NCBI GenBank assembly: GCA_037381445.1
Contig: JARRQT010000174.1
Coordinates: 1-11,816, forward strand
Origin: Calditrichia bacterium
GTDB lineage: Bacteria; Calditrichota; Calditrichia; RBG-13-44-9
Direction of reading: 5' to 3'
DNA length: 11,816 nucleotides
The notes beneath the pieces were generated by a model, which saw nothing but the letters and a program-made list of their open reading frames with translations, ran no database searches and was not told the origin of the DNA. Shown here in pieces: positions 8,254-11,816 of the stretch. The position numbers and the translations under genes were made by a program. Each line of letters starts with the position of its first letter. Positions within the stretch are counted from its first letter, which is position 1.

Positions 8254-8613
8254 TTAAAACTTTTCTTTCCTTGTTTTAATTAAATTATAAAGCATTGCCG
8301 AAATCTTTTTTGTTCGCTCGATGAATTCCTGTGCTTTCATTATTTCGATTAAAGCAAATTCATTTGACAAATAAAGTTGCGTCCGCAATTCTGAACAGGA
8401 ACCTTTTGAGACAAATAGATATTGAATAAATTCCTTATTGGAATTTCTGTCGAAGCCTTCTGCAATATTAGATGGAATTGAAACCGCCGAGCGTTGGATA
8501 TGGTCTCGAAAGGTATAATCTTTGACAGAGAGGAATGCATGATAAATATCTACTGCAAGTCTCATACTCTCTTTCCAAACCTCCAAGTCTTCAAACTTTG
8601 TTATTTTTTTCAA
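8254..8613 (-). CDS. Four helix bundle protein (23S rRNA IVP-like, PF05635/TIGR02436), 119 aa
   Basis: The ORF 8254..8850 is trimmed to TTG 8613, which has AAGGAG 6 nt upstream. Motifs: KFEDLEVWKES, IQRSAVSIPSNIAEGFDR, EFIQYLFVSKGSCSELRTQLY. Confidence 0.93.
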   Translation of the reverse strand: MKKITKFEDLEVWKESMRLAVDIYHAFLSVKDYTFRDHIQRSAVSIPSNIAEGFDRNSNKEFIQYLFVSKGSCSELRTQLYLSNEFALIEIMKAQEFIERTKKISAMLYNLIKTRKEKF

Positions 8614-8655
8614 CCTGGACTCCTTTTGTAGACTGGTTTCTATAATTTTATTTTC

Positions 8656-8683
8656 GTCTCCGGTCTCCCTTCTCCGGTTTCCC
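8656..8683. repeat. Tandem heptamer arm, cassette A (5' arm on the mRNA): gtctccg gtctccc ttctccg gtttccc
   Basis: Four 7-mers; on the minus strand the arm begins 13 nt after the permease stop at 8697. Confidence 0.9.
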
Positions 8684-8696
8684 TTCATACCTGCAT

Positions 8697-11114
8697 TTAT
8701 TCGTATCTGAGTGCTCTTGCCGGATTGATGACCGCCGCCCGCCAGGACTGGCTCAGGACGGTGAGCACCGCCACAAGCAGGGCCAATATGCTGGCCAGCA
8801 GGAAGGGCAGGGGATCCAGGGGAATCCGGTAGGCGAAACTGTTCAGCCATTTCGATGCCGCAAACCAGGCCAGCGGCCAGGCGAAGATATTGGCCAGCAG
8901 TACCCAGCGGATGAAATCGATCACCAGCAGGCGGATGATCAGGCCGGTGGATGCACCCAATACTTTCCGCACGCCGATCTCTTTAATCCGTATGGCGGTG
9001 CTGTGGCTGGAGAGACTGAACAGCCCCAGGCAGGCGATAAAAATTGCCAGAATGGAGAAGATGTTTACAATCTTGCCGGTGTTGATATCGCGCCGATACA
9101 GATTGTTGAATTCATCATCCAGGAACGTATAGCTGAAGGGATGATCGGGATAGAGTTCCTGCCATTTCTGACCGGCGTAGTTCAGTGCTTCCGGAATGCG
9201 CCCCGCCTGAATCCGGGCGGCCAGCAGATTTCCCGGAAAGCGGGCCAGCGGGAAAATTACCACCGGCTCGATAGGCTGGTGCAGCCCCAGGAAATGAAAA
9301 TCCTTCACCACGCCGATCACCCGGGCGCCGGTGGAATCCGAAGTGCCAAAATAAATCTTTTTGCTCAGGGGATCCTTCCAACCCAGTTGTTTAACGGCCG
9401 TCTGGTTGATGATAACCACGCCGCTGGTGTCGCTGCCCATTTCCCGGCTGAAATTTCTCCCTTCGGCCATTTTCATACCCAGGGTGGGAATAGTCTCCGG
9501 GCTGATAAAAAAGTTGCTCCAGATCCAGATATCCCTTTCCGAAGCGCCTTCGGGACGGACGCCGGTCCTTCCGAAAGTGCGGCCAGGGACATTACTGGAC
9601 GCGGCAACCGAAACAAAACTTCCGGCTTTGGCGAGTTCCTTCCGGAATGTTTCCAACTTTTCACCCATCTTCCGGTCGGTCATATCGAACACCACTACCT
9701 GCTCCCGGTTGTAGCCCAAATCCTTGTGCTGGACAAAATACATCTGCTTCTGAACGACCACGGTGAGGCCGATCAGCGCGATGGAAAGGGTGAACTGGAA
9801 AACCACCAGCGCCTTGCGCATGATGATGCCGGTCTGGCCGGAAGCGAAACTTCCCTTTAACACAGAAACCGGCTTGAAATTGGAGAGGACGATGGCAGGG
9901 TAAAAACCTGCCAGTAATCCAACCAGAATGAGAGCGCTGAAAAGAAAAATGACGATGAGGCCGTTTTGAAACAGATTAAGAGACATGGACGCGCCGACCA
10001 GATGGTTGAGCAGGGGCAAGGAAAACTCCGCCAGCGGGAAGGAGAGAAGCAGGGCCAAAAATGTCAGCAGAAGAGATTCCCCCATAAACTGGTAAATAAG
10101 CTGCCGGCGGGACGAACCCACCACCTTCCGCATCCCCACTTCTTTCGCGCGCTGGGTACTGCGGGCCGTGGAAAGGTTCATATAATTGACGATAGCAATG
10201 ATCAGAATCAAAAGAGCAATGGCCGCAAATATATAAATATTTTTGATATCGCCTTTGTTGACAGTCGGATCGAAAATGACATCGGTGGAGTGAAGATGAA
10301 CATCCCGCAGCGGCTGCAGGGTTATGCTGAAATTCTCCTCCACACCGTGATCCCGGCAGAGTTTGGTGAATTTCCCATCCAATCCTTCGGGTAAAGCGCC
10401 CTGTTTTAATAAAACATAAGTCGGCATCGCAACCATATCCCAATTCTCCAGCCAGATGGGCTGCGTAGTATTGGGCGGTTGATTGGTTTTGGCCACGGAA
10501 GCCTGCGTGGAGAGCGAGAGCAACCCGTCAAAATCCAGATGACTGTTATCGGGCAGATCCTGCATCACACCGGTCACCTGCGCGTCATATCCATTGCCGG
10601 TGCGAATGGTTTTTCCCATCGCTTCTTCGCTGCCGAAAATCTGCCGGGCAAGGGTCCTGGTCAAAACAATGCTGAACGGTTCGGTCAGGGCTTTTTGCCG
10701 GTCTCCCTCCAACAATCTGAAATCGAACAGGTCAAAAAAATTCCCATCCGCAGATCGCAGTTTTCTGGCATAGATTCCCTGCTGATCCCCATATTTCAGA
10801 AGCGATTTGCCGCCGCCGGACAGTCTGACGGATGCTTCAACTTCCGGGAAAGTCTCCTGCAGCGCCGGTCCCAGCGGCGGCATGGTGATCCCCACACGCT
10901 GATTATGCGTTCCCAGCGCCTTGTCAATGGTCAATACACGATAGATGCGATCCGCCTTTCCGTGTTCTTTTTCGAAGGAAAGCTCACGCTGAATAAAAAG
11001 AAGAATCAGCATGCAGGCAGCCATTCCGATGGCAAGACCCAGGATGTTGATCGATGAAAAAATTTTATGGCGAAACAGATTACGAACCGCGATCTTAAGA
11101 TAATTGGTGATCAT
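8697..11114 (-). CDS. ABC transporter permease, duplicated MacB-PCD/FtsX type (805 aa)
   Basis: Start at ATG 11114 (MITNYLKIAVRNL) with SD GAGGAGG upstream. Motifs: NYMNLSTARSTQRAKEVGMRKVVG, LAGFYPA, LVVFQF, GVVKDFHF, KEIGVRKVLGAS, NPARALRYE. Confidence 0.95.
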   Translation of the reverse strand: MITNYLKIAVRNLFRHKIFSSINILGLAIGMAACMLILLFIQRELSFEKEHGKADRIYRVLTIDKALGTHNQRVGITMPPLGPALQETFPEVEASVRLSGGGKSLLKYGDQQGIYARKLRSADGNFFDLFDFRLLEGDRQKALTEPFSIVLTRTLARQIFGSEEAMGKTIRTGNGYDAQVTGVMQDLPDNSHLDFDGLLSLSTQASVAKTNQPPNTTQPIWLENWDMVAMPTYVLLKQGALPEGLDGKFTKLCRDHGVEENFSITLQPLRDVHLHSTDVIFDPTVNKGDIKNIYIFAAIALLILIIAIVNYMNLSTARSTQRAKEVGMRKVVGSSRRQLIYQFMGESLLLTFLALLLSFPLAEFSLPLLNHLVGASMSLNLFQNGLIVIFLFSALILVGLLAGFYPAIVLSNFKPVSVLKGSFASGQTGIIMRKALVVFQFTLSIALIGLTVVVQKQMYFVQHKDLGYNREQVVVFDMTDRKMGEKLETFRKELAKAGSFVSVAASSNVPGRTFGRTGVRPEGASERDIWIWSNFFISPETIPTLGMKMAEGRNFSREMGSDTSGVVIINQTAVKQLGWKDPLSKKIYFGTSDSTGARVIGVVKDFHFLGLHQPIEPVVIFPLARFPGNLLAARIQAGRIPEALNYAGQKWQELYPDHPFSYTFLDDEFNNLYRRDINTGKIVNIFSILAIFIACLGLFSLSSHSTAIRIKEIGVRKVLGASTGLIIRLLVIDFIRWVLLANIFAWPLAWFAASKWLNSFAYRIPLDPLPFLLASILALLVAVLTVLSQSWRAAVINPARALRYE

Positions 11115-11121
11115 AAAATTG

Positions 11122-11128
11122 CCTCCTC
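11122..11128 (-). promoter_or_regulatory. Shine-Dalgarno GAGGAGG of the permease starting at 11114
   Basis: A strong SD 7 nt upstream of the ATG. Confidence 0.8.
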
Positions 11129-11176
11129 TATATTTGAAAAGCGCCCTGCGTGCTATGCAGAGATATTGCATGCATG

Positions 11177-11816
11177 TTATTCATATCTCAGGCTCTCCAC
11201 CGGATTTGCCAGTGCCGCCTTAATGGCCTGTGCACTTACTGTCAAAATTGCAATCAATAGCGCCAACCCGCCCGCCAGGGCAAATACCCACCAGCCGATG
11301 TCGATCCGATACGCAAAATTCTGCAGCCAGCGGTTCATCACATACCAGGCCACCGGCCAGGCAATGAGATTGGCATACAAAACATAGCGGGTGAATTCCT
11401 TTGCCAGCAACATAACCGTTCCTGGGACTGAAGCACCCAGGACTTTTCGTATCCCGATTTCTTTGGTCCGCTGTTCAGCCGTAAAGGAGGCCAATCCAAA
11501 CAAGCCCAGGCAGGCGATAAATAATGCCAGAAAACTGAAGGAATTTATGACTTTTCCCACCTGCTGTTCCGCAAGATACATCTTATTTATCTGGTCATCC
11601 AGAAAATTAAATTCAAAGGGGAAACCGGGAGCAATCCTGCTCCAGTCGCTTTCGATCGATTTGACCGAAGCGCTCAGGTTCCCGGGAGCCAATTTTATCA
11701 GGAGGTATTGAATTTCCCTGGGATCAAAATAAATCGCCAACGGCCCTATTTTTGAGTGAAGGGAACTGAAGTTGAAATCTTTGATGACCCCGATTATGCG
11801 GTAATTAAAGATTTTT
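11177..11816 (-). CDS. ABC transporter permease (MacB/FtsX type), C-terminal part; 5' end lies beyond the window
   Basis: The frame stays open to the window edge (…YRIIGVIKDFNFSSLHSKIGPLAIYF…). Motifs: LALFIACLGLFGLASFTAEQRTKEIGIRKVLGAS, NPVESLRYE. Confidence 0.92.
   Translation of the reverse strand, partial: KIFNYRIIGVIKDFNFSSLHSKIGPLAIYFDPREIQYLLIKLAPGNLSASVKSIESDWSRIAPGFPFEFNFLDDQINKMYLAEQQVGKVINSFSFLALFIACLGLFGLASFTAEQRTKEIGIRKVLGASVPGTVMLLAKEFTRYVLYANLIAWPVAWYVMNRWLQNFAYRIDIGWWVFALAGGLALLIAILTVSAQAIKAALANPVESLRYE

Noticed and set aside
8641..8646. Plus-strand TATAAT as an antisense promoter
   Set aside because: No properly spaced -35 element is present, and the AT-rich context makes a chance match likely.
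8614..8850. The 198-aa version of four-helix protein A
   Set aside because: The extension overlaps the permease 3' end and the repeat arm. TTG 8613 with its SD gives the family-typical 119 aa.

Overview
The window lies inside a bacterial, all-minus-strand, operon-like tandem array of five paralogous duplicated MacB/FtsX-type ABC transporter permeases of about 800 aa. One is truncated by the window end, and one is broken by an apparent ~110-bp frameshifting deletion at ~4039. No ABC ATPase gene is in the window. Three of the four internal junctions hold a ~450-470 bp AT-rich cassette: a small four-helix-bundle gene (23S rRNA IVP/TIGR02436 family, Avd-like fold) bracketed by two arms of four tandem 7-mers in inverted orientation. 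Each cassette has a divergent protein and a different heptamer (CGGAGAC, CGCTNTG, TGATCAT). On the mRNA the arms could pair into a ~28-bp stem that loops out the small gene, much like an rRNA intervening sequence but inside a protein-coding operon. This cassette architecture is the main candidate for an undescribed system. All family calls come from motif recognition by eye, not database searches.
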